Origin: Bugula neritina
Lineage: Eukaryota > Animalia > Bryozoa
Assembly (NCBI GenBank): GCA_964035545.1
Contig: OZ037770.1
Span: forward strand, 13,506,642-13,570,641
Direction: 5' to 3'
DNA length: 64,000 nucleotides
The notes below the pieces were generated by a model. It worked only from the letters and a program-made list of their open reading frames with translations, had not been told where the DNA came from and ran no database searches. Shown piece by piece: positions 45,814 to 64,000 of this stretch. Position 1 is the stretch's first letter; each line of letters opens with the position of its first letter. Both the position numbers and the translations under genes were made by a program.

Positions 45814-47328
45814 GTTGCACACCAAGACAATCTAGCACCTCTTCAGAAAACCTCCACAGTTTGTTGACCTAAAGTGAATGCTTAGTATAATAATGTTTCC
45901 TCCTCACTACAACCTTAGCAGAATGTATTGATTTTATCATTTAAACTGTACGAAATACAGAAAAACACAAGCTATTTGGTATTAAAACTAGGGATTCAAT
46001 TTCCAGCTAAATATTAGGATGTCATTTATCGATGGCTCAGTAATCAATATTATATTTAATTAGTTATTTAGCATACGATAGGCAATATCATACTACACAA
46101 GCATTAATTAATGTATTTTTGCAGTAAAATGCAAATGTTCTAGCCACAATTGCAAGGAGTACTTCCCTCTTCACAAGATTATATGTCTATAAGTAAATGA
46201 AGTAATTTTAGATCAAATATAATTAAAGGAGTTGATTGTGTGTAACTGGAGGCTATGTAAAGTAATTTAGCTCATAGAATCTTGAATACAAGTTGAATGT
46301 AATACTACCAGTTAGTGTACTTGAATATATTGTAGTACTAAATTTACTAGTTTATATATAAACTACTGTTTAGGAAAAAGAAATTAAATTGGTATTGTGG
46401 ACTTTGATGGATAAGAGTGTAGAATTCCATGCATCCTGTTACAGATATGTTTACAGCTATTACCAGACATCACATGACACAAACTAGTACTATTAGTATT
46501 CACCAAGCAAATTGCAAACAAACAAACGATCAACTTCTCCCAAATATCTATGATTGTCCAATATTTCATTTTATAAAACAATTTCTAATTTTCTTTTTGC
46601 ATGTTTCATATTCCACAAATACTGAATTAGTCAGTGTATTTGAATTAACAACTTCACTAATCTTTCTAATTAAGGGAGCTATAAAAATAGTAAATAACTA
46701 GTTGTGTGACTGATGCCTAAAAGTTGAGCTTGTTGCAAAATAAAAGTGAAACAACACTTGAATGTCAAAATGATTTAATTACTGTGGCACCAATCTTAAC
46801 CAGCCTGCTAAATGCAAAGGTGAGTTTATATGGCTATGCTATAAGTATATGACTATCACTATATATTGATCTTACTTTATATAACTTACTCAAGAAAAAT
46901 TAGGTGAATAGTAGAACTAGAAGTTACATCTACATTCAATTTACATTGATCAAGACTGCAGAGCCAGAACTATCAAATTCAACCATAGCATTTGAATTTT
47001 ATTTCAAGACATGTAAATGGCCACTTCATTTCAAATTATTTGCACTCTTACCTAGAAGTAATTGTGTGAACAGTTTTACTCCTTTTATGTAGTTGAAGCC
47101 GTTGTCGTTAAAACTATATATTGCTATGATGATGAGCCGTATTCGTCTGTTGGATCAGAAAGCTTATCTTGTTCACAATGCTACTGTTTTGGCTGGTTAG
47201 ATAGCTGTTCTCCTATTGGACAGCGGGCACCTGTTTGTTTATTGGTTGCTGCGTTATAATTTGCACACGCAAAAACATTTTCAGCTGCGGGATTAATATC
47301 CTAAATACTTATTTGGTTCAACTGCATC
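45814..47328. promoter_or_regulatory. Divergent (head-to-head) SLC44/ACADM upstream region with inverted CCAAT boxes before ACADM
   Basis: The ATGs are ~1.5 kb apart on opposite strands. ATTGG occurs at ~47215 and ~47241 in a CpG-richer patch just upstream of the ACADM ATG. Confidence 0.45.
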
Positions 47329-49819
47329 ATGGCGGCTGTCAAGGTAAGTCCTGTTGTTAGGGTTATGTAAGGACAATCATTTTAAAATAATCATAACTAC
47401 CTTATTACCTAATAAACCGCAACAAGTCATTTAAACTGCTGCATGATCTTTTAAGAAATACTCTAAAATCCTTATGACTGATAATATTGGCTTCTGTGCG
47501 CGCTGTTCAAAGTCCAATTAATAATCATAATGTCTTTCTAACCGGCAACGCCTACCTTTTTAGTTTTCATTTCATCTTAATCTTTGCCTTGCCCTTTGTT
47601 CTTTTTATTTGGCTTCAAGCTAATGTACTGACTTTGATATAATTTCAGTTGTTTTTATTTTAACTTTGCGAAACGTAATGTTATTTGAAACTGAGTTGCT
47701 ATATTCATGTTGATGTTTTAACTTCCAAGTTCCAACACTACAATAAGTATAACTATAAGTTAGTTGAATATCTTAGCCAAGTGATAATATATATTTTTAT
47801 GTTTATATAATAAATATATTTTTACTCGAGTTACTCCTGTCTAAGCTGATAGTGCTAAGCTATAAAGCTTCTAATCAGTTCACTGCTCACCCTAAGGCTA
47901 ATACTAATAGCATATTCAGTATTTGCTAAACTTTACTCTGTGCGAGTAAACCTGGGCACCAATAGTTTCAAATGAGGAAGTCAAAGTTTTGTACACTAAT
48001 GCAAAATGATATATTCCTCAATAGCCCATCTAATTCCTTGTCACCATGCTAACTCACCTACACATAATGTGCATTTTTAAATAGAATACCTGCAGGGAAA
48101 TTTACCTAAAACTAGTAAAATGTGACTCCTTGAATGAGACTAGTTGTCTAGACTCTAGAATATTATACATACCTAAATTGTTTTTATATGATTGTTTGAT
48201 CATTATATATCATTAAACAATATTATTTAAAATAAATATGTGACCATTTTATTATTTAGTATTATTGTTTATTTGTTTCATAGGTTCTTATTAAAATGTT
48301 TGTAGTATCGTGTATATGTTGGTTTGATCTAGGTATGCAGAGGGTTGCACAATTTTGTTAGATCGGCTACAGGGGGACAACTCCGTGCTCTCTCTTCCAC
48401 TGCTAGAAAACAATCTGGCTACAACTTTGGTATGTAATAATAAGACAGGTTTTGAATATTATATAATGACTTGGCCCATCAAACAGATACGGATTAATAC
48501 ACTTCTGTTGTAACATGTGTTGAAGAAAAATGGCTCTATAAGCAGCTTCGAGTTGGGATGAATGAGTGCAGTAGTTTGGGTTCTTGAGTTTTAAGATTCC
48601 TAAGCTACTGCTCTCATTCACTTCCAACTCGGAGCTGCTGATAGAACCATTCTTCAAGAAAAGGTAAAAGTGTATCCACTGTTTCTGTGTTCCCAGACAT
48701 AACACCTGAGCAACAGGAGTACCAGGAGCTTGCCAGGAAGTTCACAGCTGAGGAGATCATTCCAAGAGCAGCTCACCATGACACCACTGGGGAGGTAACT
48801 CCTTGTAGTTTACAATACAATAGTACAAGATTTGTCATTACTAGAATGATAGGCTTTATTATGAAGACCTGGTCAGTTGCTCATTCATATTGTACATTTT
48901 ATATGTAGATTGTGTTTATGAATTTACTTTTATTTCAAATCTTTCAGTCTATCCTTTAAAAGAGCAGTATGTCTTATATCTTGCTATTATAAAATGTTTG
49001 ATAAGCCTGTGTCCCGCATTCTTTAATGCCAGTTCTTTGCCTATTTTCAGTACCCCCGTGCCATCATAGAAAAGGCGTGGGAGCTGGGTCTAATCAACAC
49101 ACATATTCCTACAGAGTATGGCGGGCTGGGTCTTGGAGCTCTCGATAGCTGCATCGTCACTGAGCAGTTAGCCTATGGATGTACCGGTATTCAGGTGAAC
49201 TCAGCGTCATGCATTTGTGTCTGGTATAAGTTGTTCATTTTATTATATAATATACACCTTGAAGCTTGTCTCAGGAGTTGTCTTGTCTATAATTGCATTG
49301 TCTATAATGAAGAACAAAACTACTAAAATTCAGAAAATGACCGTAAGTTAAATTTGAACCAATAATTTTACCTGAGGATAAAGCTTTTCAGGACAGATAA
49401 AAAGTTTAGCTTTGAATAAAATATCGAAAGATATAAATAGAATGTTTCAATACACATCAACCTATAAATTTTATATCTATACTGTTTATTTTTATAATGC
49501 ATTCTGTGAATGTAATAGTGTTATTATATGAATGTTATATTGTTATACGGTATCTTATTCAGACAGCTATAGAGGCAAACTCTCTCGGGCAGATGCCAAT
49601 CATAGTGGCCGGTAATCATGAGCAGAAGGAGAAGTACCTGGGGAGGATGATAGAGTCTCCCCTACTGTGTGTGAGTAGTAGTGATAGTCATAGTAGTAGT
49701 ACTAGTAGTAGTAGTCGTAGTACTACTACTACTACTAGTAGTAGTAGTAGTAGCAGCAGTAGTAGTACTAGTAGTAGTAGCAGTAGTAGTAGCAGTAGTA
49801 GTACTAGTAGTAGTAGTAC

Positions 49820-49866
<47 letters not shown>

Positions 49867-50547
49867 ATAGTACTAGTAGTACTAGTAGTAGTAGTATTAA
49901 TACTACTAGCGGTAGTAGTGGCAGTGGTAGTAGTAGTAGTAGCAGCAGCAGCAGTAGTAGTACTATTAATGGTAATTAGTAAACAACTCTTATACTGCTG
50001 CAGGCATACGGAGTTACTGAACCAGGCTGTGGCTCAGATGTGGCTGGAATTCAGACTAAAGCCGTGAAGAAGGGAGACGAGTGGATATTAAACGGGCAGA
50101 AGGTAGGGTTTGGGGTTGTTAGTGTAGATATTCACTATACAGCAGTGAGCGTAGTCAGTAGTGCCTGTTCCAGTGTTGAAGTGGAGTAGAAAGGATGTGT
50201 ATTGCTCATATTTTATTTAATTTATACACTTGTCATCAATCATAGTTTGTAACTAAAATTTGCAAAATTGTTAAAAATAAACAGTTTTGAAACATGATTT
50301 CTTGCCATAGTAGTTTATCCTAGTCATACGTTACCAATTCACTACATATTTATTCTTTAGATGTGGATCACTAATGGTGGAGTCGCCAATTGGTATTTCG
50401 TCCTTGCCAGGACAGCCACTGATCCGAAGACACCCCCTGGCAAAGCATTCACAGGGTACCTACTGCAATTACTACCACTACTAGTACCACTACTACCATT
50501 ACTACCAGTACTACCATTACTACCAGTACTAATACTACTACTACTGT

Positions 50548-50591
<44 letters not shown>

Positions 50592-52916
50592 ATACTACTG
50601 CTGCCGCTGCTGCTACTGTTACTACTACTACAACTTCCAGTATAATATTTGCAGGTTTATAGTGGAAGCTGACTGGCCAGGAGTGACCAAGGGTCGGAAG
50701 GAGATAAACATGGGCCAGAGAGCTTCATCCACCACTGGCATTACATTTGAAGATGTCAGAGTGCCTGCAGAGGTATGGAGTCATACAAGCTCTGTGACAA
50801 GTAGTTGTTAGTATAAGATGAGCTTAGGCCGTGTATTTTGCTGTGTAATTTTAGTATAATCCGATATAGTGAAAGCCCGTCTCATAGATTCAGCTGGGAA
50901 AACTGTGGGAACTTTTGTACGACATTTAAACATAACCAGAAAACATAACAAATTAAATTGAATAAAAATAAATAGGCCTATGTGCTGTATATTCATCACA
51001 ATAACTCATTATATATTTTTCTGGTGTGGTAATGCAATGTCATCACAGGAATAGCGACTATATATAATGGTGCGGTGTTACAATGTACGTTTCTAATGAC
51101 ATAGCTTGTACTCCTAGAACATGCTAGCTGAAGAAGGAGCAGGTTTCAAGATTGCTATGGCAGCATTTGACAGGACTAGACCTCCAGTAGCTGCTAGCGC
51201 TGTCGGGTTGGCAACCAGAGCTTTGGATGAGGCAGTAAAGTACAGTCTGGAGAGGAAGACGTTTGGTACTGCTATATGCAACCACCAGGTTGGTGGTTAT
51301 TGATAGATTGCATTGGAATAAACTGCACTTCTGTGCTGCGGATAGAGAAGTATACAGTACTTGGCATTTCAAATTTAGTGAGACTCAGAAGTTGTCTTTC
51401 CATAAATAATCAAATTGGTAGTTAAAAGAGTCGTATTTATCTTGAGGAACTTTTCATTTAGCGTGTTCAGCTGTGACTGTTGACTGGGTCACTGTGACCG
51501 TTAGTTGACTCAATGTGACTGTTGGTAAGATCAATGTGACCTTTAGTCGAAAAGTTGGTTGATTCACTAGACATGCGATTGCGACCGTATCAATCTTATG
51601 AAGACTTGCTTTCAATTGTCAAGTCAAAGTCTTGTAAATAAATTTGTTCCAAAATTTTAACAGTTCTATTGCATAAGTTTCCATACCGTTTATGTAGTTA
51701 TTATTAGCAATCTTGGTAAAAAATATCTTCATTGCGCCCATTCAATCAACATCTCAAAGTCATACAATACGTTCTGGTAATCAGTCTTTCACTGGATGCA
51801 GGCCGTATCCTTCATGTTGGCTGACATGGCCATATCCGTGGAGACAGCCAAGCTCATTACCAGGAGGTCAGCCTGGGAGATAGACCAGGGTAGGAAGAAC
51901 ACTTACCTTGCCTCCATATCCAAAGCATACGCTGCCGACATCGCCAATAAGTGCGCCACTGACGCTGTCCAGGTATATTCTTGTGTTTAGCATAACTCCA
52001 GTCATACTCAGAGGTTACTAGCCAATAGGAACCACTTTGTCATGGACTGGACCAATCGTAACTGCTGTATCACTAACTTCAGTTGGGTTCATCTCATTGT
52101 AGGAATGTTTTCTGTTCAACTTGCAGTTTCTAGGAGTTTTCTTTCCATGTCCAACTGCAGTTACTTGCATTCAAAATGAATATTTTATTTCAGTTTCTCA
52201 AGTTGATGCAAAATGAATATTTTAAACTTGACAATGACTTTACAATGGCTGTAGTTTGGTACTAGTAGTTAACTTATGTTAGTAGTAGTTACACCAACTA
52301 AGTTATTATTTCAGTGGTGCAGTCGTTCAAATCTTTCTGCATAGCACAACGACATTTTGCAAACCCCAGTCTGTAAAATGTAGACTATCTGTTATTTCTG
52401 TATTTCCAATCATTTCCTTAGAATTATGTCATATTTTATGTTATTATTAAAAATTCAGATATTCGGTGGTGCGGGATTCAACTGTGAGTACCCAGTAGAG
52501 AAACTTATGAGAGATGCTAAAATATTCCAAGTAAGTTTCAAACTTTAAAATTATTCTGTTAGAAAAGAAAACTCCAATTTTGTTTTCAATAGCAATGTAG
52601 TAGTGTGCATAATCTTCAACTTATAGCCTGTTTTGTAGAAGCCAGTTACAGTTGATTAAGACATTATTCACCTTTTGTTTCACAAATATTAAATAGGAAG
52701 TTGCCATCTTGGTCATTCCTCTTTAATTTTACAGACTTAACGAGTCAGCTGTGTATAGTTCTGGTAATTATTATGTAGCTTTAGCTCTATAAATCTAGCA
52801 CATGTTTGACTCTATTCTATTTACAGATTTATGAGGGGACAGCCCAGGTGCAGAGGCTAATAATATCCCGCGACGTCATTACTAGGGCGGCATCGGGACA
52901 ACTTAACAACATCTGA
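47329..52916 (+). CDS. ACADM: Medium-chain specific acyl-CoA dehydrogenase, mitochondrial (~425 aa, 12 exons)
   Basis: Exons 47329-47343, 48333-48429, 48697-48794, 49051-49194, 49563-49670, 50004-50102, 50361-50455, 50655-50772, 51118-51288, 51802-51972, 52459-52530, 52827-52916 (1278 nt). Arg/Ser-rich presequence, [63 protein letters not shown] (catalytic Glu). Confidence 0.96.
49671..49962. repeat. (AGT)n array filling ACADM intron 5
   Basis: Starts at the donor (GTGAGTAGTAGT); source of the poly-Ser/poly-Val ORFs. Confidence 0.95.
50460..50632. repeat. (CTA)n array in ACADM intron 7
   Basis: Read directly; source of the poly-Leu ORF. Confidence 0.93.
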
Positions 52917-53729
52917 AAGCTTTAAGCTCATGCAACAGTCATGTGACTTTACTTGGTCATGATACTTTTAGTGACAGCCGTACTTTTGCAAACGTTGTTG
53001 TAAAATTGCTGTAAAAGATTTCATACTTGTGTTTTGTAACAATCATTTGTCAACCTGCTGATCACATCATGTGCAACTGTAACCATAAATTTCTCAACTC
53101 AACTTAATTTATGAATATTTTGAGATATTGAATTATTTTATCATTAAACTTTACAGAGCAGATTTAAGATTCTATAGTATGTAAACCCTGTTTCTGGTTT
53201 TATTGTAAAATTCTATAATACATATTAAAAATACGGATCTTGTTGCAGAGAAACTTCAATTTAAAGCTAACAATTTGCAGCAAACTCACCTCCCCACCCC
53301 ACCCTACATACAATAGCCTAGTTCATGTGGCTATTCAAGCCAGTGATGAGATATGGATTAAACCCAGCAACACATTCAATTTACTAGACATCTTAGAAAA
53401 GCATAAAAATATTCAACATTTTAGTGTTTACCTGAACAAATACGATACAAGAATACAATTATAGCAAAAATAAAGGTAAATACTAGAGAGAGTTCAAACC
53501 GTACATGATGTAAGATGAGAGCTGTTTATTTCTGTTTTGGCGGTAACTCTTGTCTACAAAAGGTGCGAAAACACAAGTAGTGAAATACTAACTATCTAAC
53601 ATCAAACAAAGCTAACAATCTACAATTCAAAATGAAAGTGTTTTCATTTGTGATATTCTGTAACAAGGGACACAATTGCCGGAAATATGACAACTGATGA
53701 AACTATGCGGTGCAGTAATCATGTATAGC

Positions 53730-53828
53730 AACTAACTCACTGTTCATATACACATCACTACTAACTCGCTCTTCATATACACATCACTACTAACTCGCTC
53801 TTCATATACACATCACTACTAACTCGCT
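53730..53828. repeat. 29-bp tandem repeat (ACTAACTCGCTCTTCATATACACATCACT)x3+
   Basis: Overlaps the predicted stop codon of the MOLO-1-like gene. Confidence 0.88.
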
Positions 53829-56800
53829 ATTATACTATAGGCACTTTTCGGATTCAGGCCAAGTGTAGCAAAACAAACAAGATATCTAAAATATTCCAGT
53901 TATTTACATATATTCTAAATAATCGCAACACACATCCAAAAACCGTGGTTAATACTAGTGTAGACACTGGAACTTACTTTATTCTTCTGATTATGTACCC
54001 CAAACCATCGGCTACAGACAGGGAGAAAGAGCTGCTCGAGTCGGTAATTATGTCTGCGATCTCATCATTGGTTAAATGTGCCATTACAACATTTCCTGTC
54101 ATCACGTACACCTGAAATCACCATGACGATGAGTAAACACAGCTAACAGCTAGCACACTATAGCCAATAGGTTTTAGGACTAGTATTCTGTGAAGTTAGA
54201 AGTCTAAAGTTCATTATGGAGCAACTTCAGATTCAAGTGCCTGTTGACACATGTCAAGTTATCTATCATGAATTTAGTATTGGGGGAAGTATATTTCCAA
54301 ACAGCATGTCTGATTGGTTGAATGGTAAATAGAAACATTATGTTTTTGTCCATGTAAACGATTTTCATGACAATATTGTACTGAAAGAGGCATCAAGCTC
54401 TGAGTCATCAATTGAAATAATCTGCAAAAATTACTTATATATGCAGTAAAGAGTTATGGCCTCTCAACACAAGAGACTCCTACAGCTTCTTTGCTTCTTG
54501 TAATGAATTCTATATTAAAATACTTCATCAAAATCAAAGCACTCTATTGCAAGACAATATTTATTACAAGATAGAGAAATTAGCATGGATTCCTGAGAGC
54601 AGAAAAAAGAGTTACCCCTTTTTTCTAATGTAGTTACACAGAAAAGGAAGCTCTAAAACACTCTTGGATGGTGAAGGTAAGAATCGGGAGTTAAAACTTA
54701 CGTATCTCTGATTATAAGAGAGAAATATAAGAATGTCCTCCTCACACTTGGTGTATCCTCTGTCGTAGAAACCCCGTGCTTGTCGTAGAGTCTGCGCATA
54801 GTTGGCGCTAGTATCGGTAATGTAGAAGTTTGAGCTGTCAATAAAAGGTTGGATCATAACACAACATGAATGAGACGTACACAGTGTCTGCTGTATTCAC
54901 CAAACTGTTTCTTGACAATAAAATCAGTTTTTATTTGAAATGTACAGATCAAATAAACAAATTTTGTGGGGCTCCAATTCAATTATTTATCAAAGTTAGA
55001 GGACAAATTCTATTTATATTCTATTCTCTTAGTTTTATAGATTATAAAACTCTAAACACAGCAATAAGATATATTTTGCCGGAAAAGGTTTCACACCAGT
55101 TGGCTGTCAAAATCTAAATATTCTTTTCAATATGGCTGCTACCTCACTATAGATGTGACTACTAGTGTAGTATCATGGTGTATATATATATATATGGAAG
55201 CATGTCATCATGTCATATGAAAACATTCCAATATATTCTACTTGCCTTCCTTAAATGTGAATATTTACACATTTTCTATCTCCTTATTACAAAAAATACA
55301 ATGATACAATTGAAAATAGCGGCTATTTTAAAGGGGGACTTACTAAAACTCATGTTTTAACAAACATCTTAGGAAGAGTACTATAAGTGTGAATGCTGTG
55401 AGAGGTACTATTTTATATCTTTATACTTTTCCTGTAATGCTTCTTCTACTCAAACTAAATAAATCCCAGATGCATGACCCCTTAAATTCCAGAGGTAATT
55501 ACATAACTAGCTCTATTAACTTATAGACCCTACATAGCACATATTAGTGGCTATAGCAGCTCATCTATATGCTTTATATTCTATAATTAGATCATGTTTC
55601 CATTGTCTGCAATGTTTTATATTCTATGATGAAGTTAATGGAAGGGCCATATTACTATATTACTATCTAGGTCTAGTACCACAGGCCTAGTACCACAGGT
55701 CTAGTACCACAGCTTCAGTACCACAGGTCTAGTACCACAGGTCTAGTACCACAGGTCTAGTACCACAGGCCTGGCATAGAGTCTATTAATCATTATATTT
55801 TACAGCCTATCTGGTTTTAAAAGAAGCTGCTATTTCACTCCATTATATCACTACTTCTATTACTCTGCACTTGCAAGCTTACTAGTAGTTGATTATTTTA
55901 TGAGTTAATAAATGAACATGTATTATATAACTTGCACGCTAGCATGTATATATTGGAACATGTTGAAACTAGATGTTGTCTTTTTTTTTCATATCCAAAA
56001 TATCGAAAATTTTCATTTTAAAATAAAAGTGTATGCCCAGCTTTTAAACAATAGAAATACTGGTTAGCTTTTATAGAAGAATTGAGGCTTAGAAATAGCC
56101 TTAGTGACACATTTGAGGTTTGTGGTGGCCACACTCCCCCTCCCTCCATCAGTTGATACAGATTAATTCTCATTGCTAACAAGTAGGGTGACTATTACTT
56201 CAAATTACGTTTCCATAGCAACAACAACAACAGAAGTTAGCTCCACATGGTATGCTTACCCCATGGTCTTCACCAATGCCAAGGTCACTGTGTATCCACT
56301 CGGCTTCTTGTAGAGTCTGCTGTTGAAACAGACATCAGAAGCACAGGGGCACGCAGTCTCCGCCTTCACACTCTCAGCCAGATTATGAAGATCTAGGGCT
56401 ATATATAACAAGGAACCAAGTCTGCTTATTCAAACTAACTTGATTAGTACAGAAGGCTTCAAATTAGTTTGGCAAATATTTTTAGGAATATACATAATAT
56501 TTAGGAGAGAGTTTTCATTTTTTTAAAACTTCTTTCTCTAGTCAATAGCACCCATATTATGCTATAGGAGAAAAACGTTGTTAGTTGAATATTACATGAA
56601 ATACGAATATCACTGAGGAAAATAATTTACATAATTTTGATTGGTTACAGTCCAAGTCAAACGTAATACTGCAAATCGGCAAAACAAAATGACCTTGAAA
56701 TTTGTGACCAGGTGTAATACTAGAATTGTAATTGAGTTGTAAAGTGTAATACAGTCACTGTAGCTGTAATACAGTCACTGTAGCTGTAATACAGTCACTG

Positions 56801-57671
56801 TAGCTGTAATACAGTCACTGTAGCTGTAATACAGTCACTGTAGTTGTAATACAGTCACTGTAGTTGTAATACAGTCGCATGGTTAGTCACGGTCTACTGT
56901 AGTGAATGAGAGGATGCAAGGTGTTTGTGTGTTTAGTGTAGCCAGTATTTACAGTGAATAATAAAGATAACAATATTCTTACCAAGAAGGAAATGTTTTT
57001 AACCTTACAGAGTACAGGCAGTAAAACACACTGATAATTAGGTAATATTACGTGGCCCTTAACCTTTGCAGATGTGTAATTATATTGCTGTATGCTATCA
57101 TGAAACTCTTATTACATAAGCAGTACTGTATCAAATAGCAACTGATACTGATGGAGATAGAAGAGCAGAATGAAAGCCAAAGAAATAAAAACTTGTTTTG
57201 AGTCAGTCAATGAAATAGTCCTAGATTCTACTGTACAATCTGGAGGGGCTTTTTATACTACTTCAAACTCAGCCAGTGGCAGATAAGCCAGAAACTCAGG
57301 CATTTTAAGATAGTTTTTCTATAGCAGTATAAGTATTGGAATGAAATAGTTATTTATCCCATTTCATTGAGAATAGTTGAGTTCCAACCCATCTCTGCGG
57401 GCATCAATACTCCCTCCCTTAGAAATAAGACATTAGACTGAGGCACTGAAGCTAATCTCCGAAAGTACGAAGGGGGCTGTTGCTCACCCTGCTGAAGGCT
57501 GACAACTTTGTCAGGATCACAGACTCTCAGGTTATAAGGTATCGGCTCTGTCCTGTTCCAGCACGCCGAGGGATTGTCCCGTAGACTGGGGTAGAACTGA
57601 GAGCTGATGGCACTCGACAGATTGGGGGCTAACAGTACCGTCACCAACAGCAGCATTATTCTATCGGCCAT
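53819..57671 (-). CDS. MOLO-1-like (modulator of levamisole receptor / TPM-domain) secreted protein (~218 aa, 5 coding exons)
   Basis: Exons 57671-57488 (signal peptide, then FYPSLRDNPSACWNR...RVCDPDKVVS), 56398-56260 (TACPCASDVC...GYTVTLALVKTM), 54834-54702 (YAQTLR...KCEEDILIFLS), 54111-53978 (VYVMTG...LTNDEI..I...GLGYII), 53885-53819 (stop). The YP..C...CDPD / CPC / C..DILIFLS pattern fits the MOLO1 family. A probable 5'UTR exon ends at ~58159. The last exon is the least certain. Confidence 0.7.
55670..55771. repeat. 14-bp minisatellite (GGTCTAGTACCACA)x7
   Basis: Read directly from the sequence. Confidence 0.92.
56744..56877. repeat. 20-bp minisatellite (TGTAATACAGTCACTGTAGC)x6-7
   Basis: Read directly from the sequence. 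Confidence 0.93.
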
Positions 57672-59282
57672 AATCTCAGTCTAAGTAAAAATATTATTAA
57701 TGAATTAATCCGAATAGTTGAAATAAAGATAATAACAGCAGTATAACAGTTGGCTGAAAAAAAAATTCTATTTGATGAAAAATAAAACTACGAGTATATA
57801 TAAGAATTATAGCTGGCACTTTATACATACTCTATGCTAGCCTGCATGTTTACTTATAATACCATTACATCAATATTATGTATTTTATTTCATTTTCATT
57901 AAATTTAAAACAATGCCAAAGTATTTTGCAAGAGCAAGAGTTTTGTTTAGTTCTAAGTATTAGAAGTTGTCCGATAGTAAAATAAAACCATCAGGACAGA
58001 ACTTAACCTGAGCTATTTGAAAATTACCACACATGCTAAGAGATTCCATAGCAATGCTGCTCAAGATTTACAAATTACAGATAAATTACAAAACGAAGTG
58101 TTTCCAATTTAGTGAACAGAGAGTAAAAAGAGTTTCAAAATAATAAGTCAATTCTTACCTGTGTAAGGTGAAACAGTCATATGAGTGAATCCTTCTTTCT
58201 ACTCTTCAGTAAAAAACTGACCTTTAACATCTATAGCCTAGGCACCAATGAAAAAATCTCACCGGCAGGGGCAGGTATATACGCCCTCAAACAAAACCAA
58301 GTGCCCTCCGCATGATATACTAATTACCTCATTACAATGTAACTGCCTATAGCTGTTATATTACAAGTTATTTATACAACCTACACAAACGCATTGCAGG
58401 TGTACAAATATAGCTGAAAATAGATTATAATTCACAGGTTCATACCTGAGCAGGATATTGATCTTAAAACTGAGGTGATTTACATATCTTAGCTACTGTT
58501 ACATCCACACTATATTCAATTGGTAGTTAGGTGTGTTGGAATTTAGCATTAGTGCAAACACCACAATGGAGTGAGATGGGTGCAGTAATCAAGCCTGTGT
58601 CGTGGATATAAAGTGTAGAAGAAGTTGTGTACCCATTAAAATTTCAACTCTCGCCCCAAACCCAATGTACAATGAAGATTAAAGGAACTTGGGCTAAATT
58701 AAAATTTCTCAACTAAAAAGCAATTAAAAAAAATTTTTAGGCACTTCCTAAAGATAATATAGCTTTCTTACTGCCTAGGTAAACTTTGCTCATGTAAAAC
58801 TTTGCTAAAACAGTTGGTTTCCTACTTTAAGAAATAAAAATCATATTATTGTAATAGATACTATTATTTTCATTATAACTACAATATGTACAGCTTTATT
58901 ATGTCGGAGAATGGAGATGTGAATATGAACAATAAACGAAAAAGTGAAAGAAATATATTCTTTAGTTGACTTAAACTGCTAGCAATTTGACACAACTGTA
59001 AGGTGCTCCTAAGTGTCAAGTTATTTGACATCTGGCATGTGTTGGCAGATCAATTTAACATAATTACTAAATGAATAAATTATATGACTACCAATTAAAG
59101 TGCCCCTAGCTGTCAGTTATGCAACATGACTAAAAGGTATCAGTTACTTGACATGACCACAAGGTGTCCGAAAAGTGTCAAATACTTGGCTTGGCTGACA
59201 AGTACCAGCAAGTGTCGATTCCTTGGCATGGCAGTAAAGTAAAGTTGCTTGGCATGACTGCAAGGTGCCCAAATGTGTCAGA

Positions 59283-63642
<4,360 letters not shown>

Positions 63643-64000
63643 CTAAATAGTAAACACAATATATACAGTATAGTGTATGTTTATATATAATAGTTAATAC
63701 AGTATATACAGTATAGTGTATGTTTATATATAATAGTAACCACAATATATACAGTATAGTGTATGTTTATATACAATAGTTAATACAGTATAATATATAC
63801 AATAACATATAATATTAAATACGGCATAATATATATTCATATATAATAATAAAATAATTTAACATATATACACACACGCATGAACGCACACACATATAGT
63901 AAACAAAAATAAATTGATATAGTTTTATATAATACATAAATGTATAGTAATAAATATAGTTAAATTTGATATACAAATATATAGTAAATATAATTATATA

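Noticed and set aside
49497-50067. Poly-Ser and poly-Val ORFs; likewise the poly-Leu ORF at 50361-50645
   Set aside because: These are read-through of ACADM exons into intronic (AGT)n and (CTA)n arrays; the spliced ACADM frame is complete without them.

Overview
AT-rich, intron-containing eukaryotic DNA, most likely from an invertebrate animal; the taxon cannot be fixed from the sequence. Most six-frame ORFs are exon fragments or microsatellite artefacts. Walking splice sites and checking frame by hand gives eight protein-coding genes. (1-2) Two tandem minus-strand paralogs of a small secreted protein family I do not recognise: signal peptide, conserved ~45-aa block, Thr/Pro/Ser-rich linker and conserved C-terminal helix. 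(3) A divergent alpha7-like nicotinic acetylcholine receptor alpha subunit. (4) AMN1. (5) A choline transporter-like SLC44 (CTL2/4/5-type) gene with two duplicated, mutually exclusive exons. (6) ACADM, on the plus strand and head-to-head with SLC44. (7) A MOLO-1/TPM-domain-like secreted protein. (8) The 3' part of KDM1A/LSD1, with a GC-AG intron right after the catalytic-site lysine. Repeats include six copies of a tRNA-derived SINE, three copies of a small foldback MITE, a nested hAT-like/foldback DNA element, and many micro- and minisatellites. Several of the tandem repeats are copies of the adjacent splice junction. No CRISPR array, rRNA or intact tRNA gene was found.
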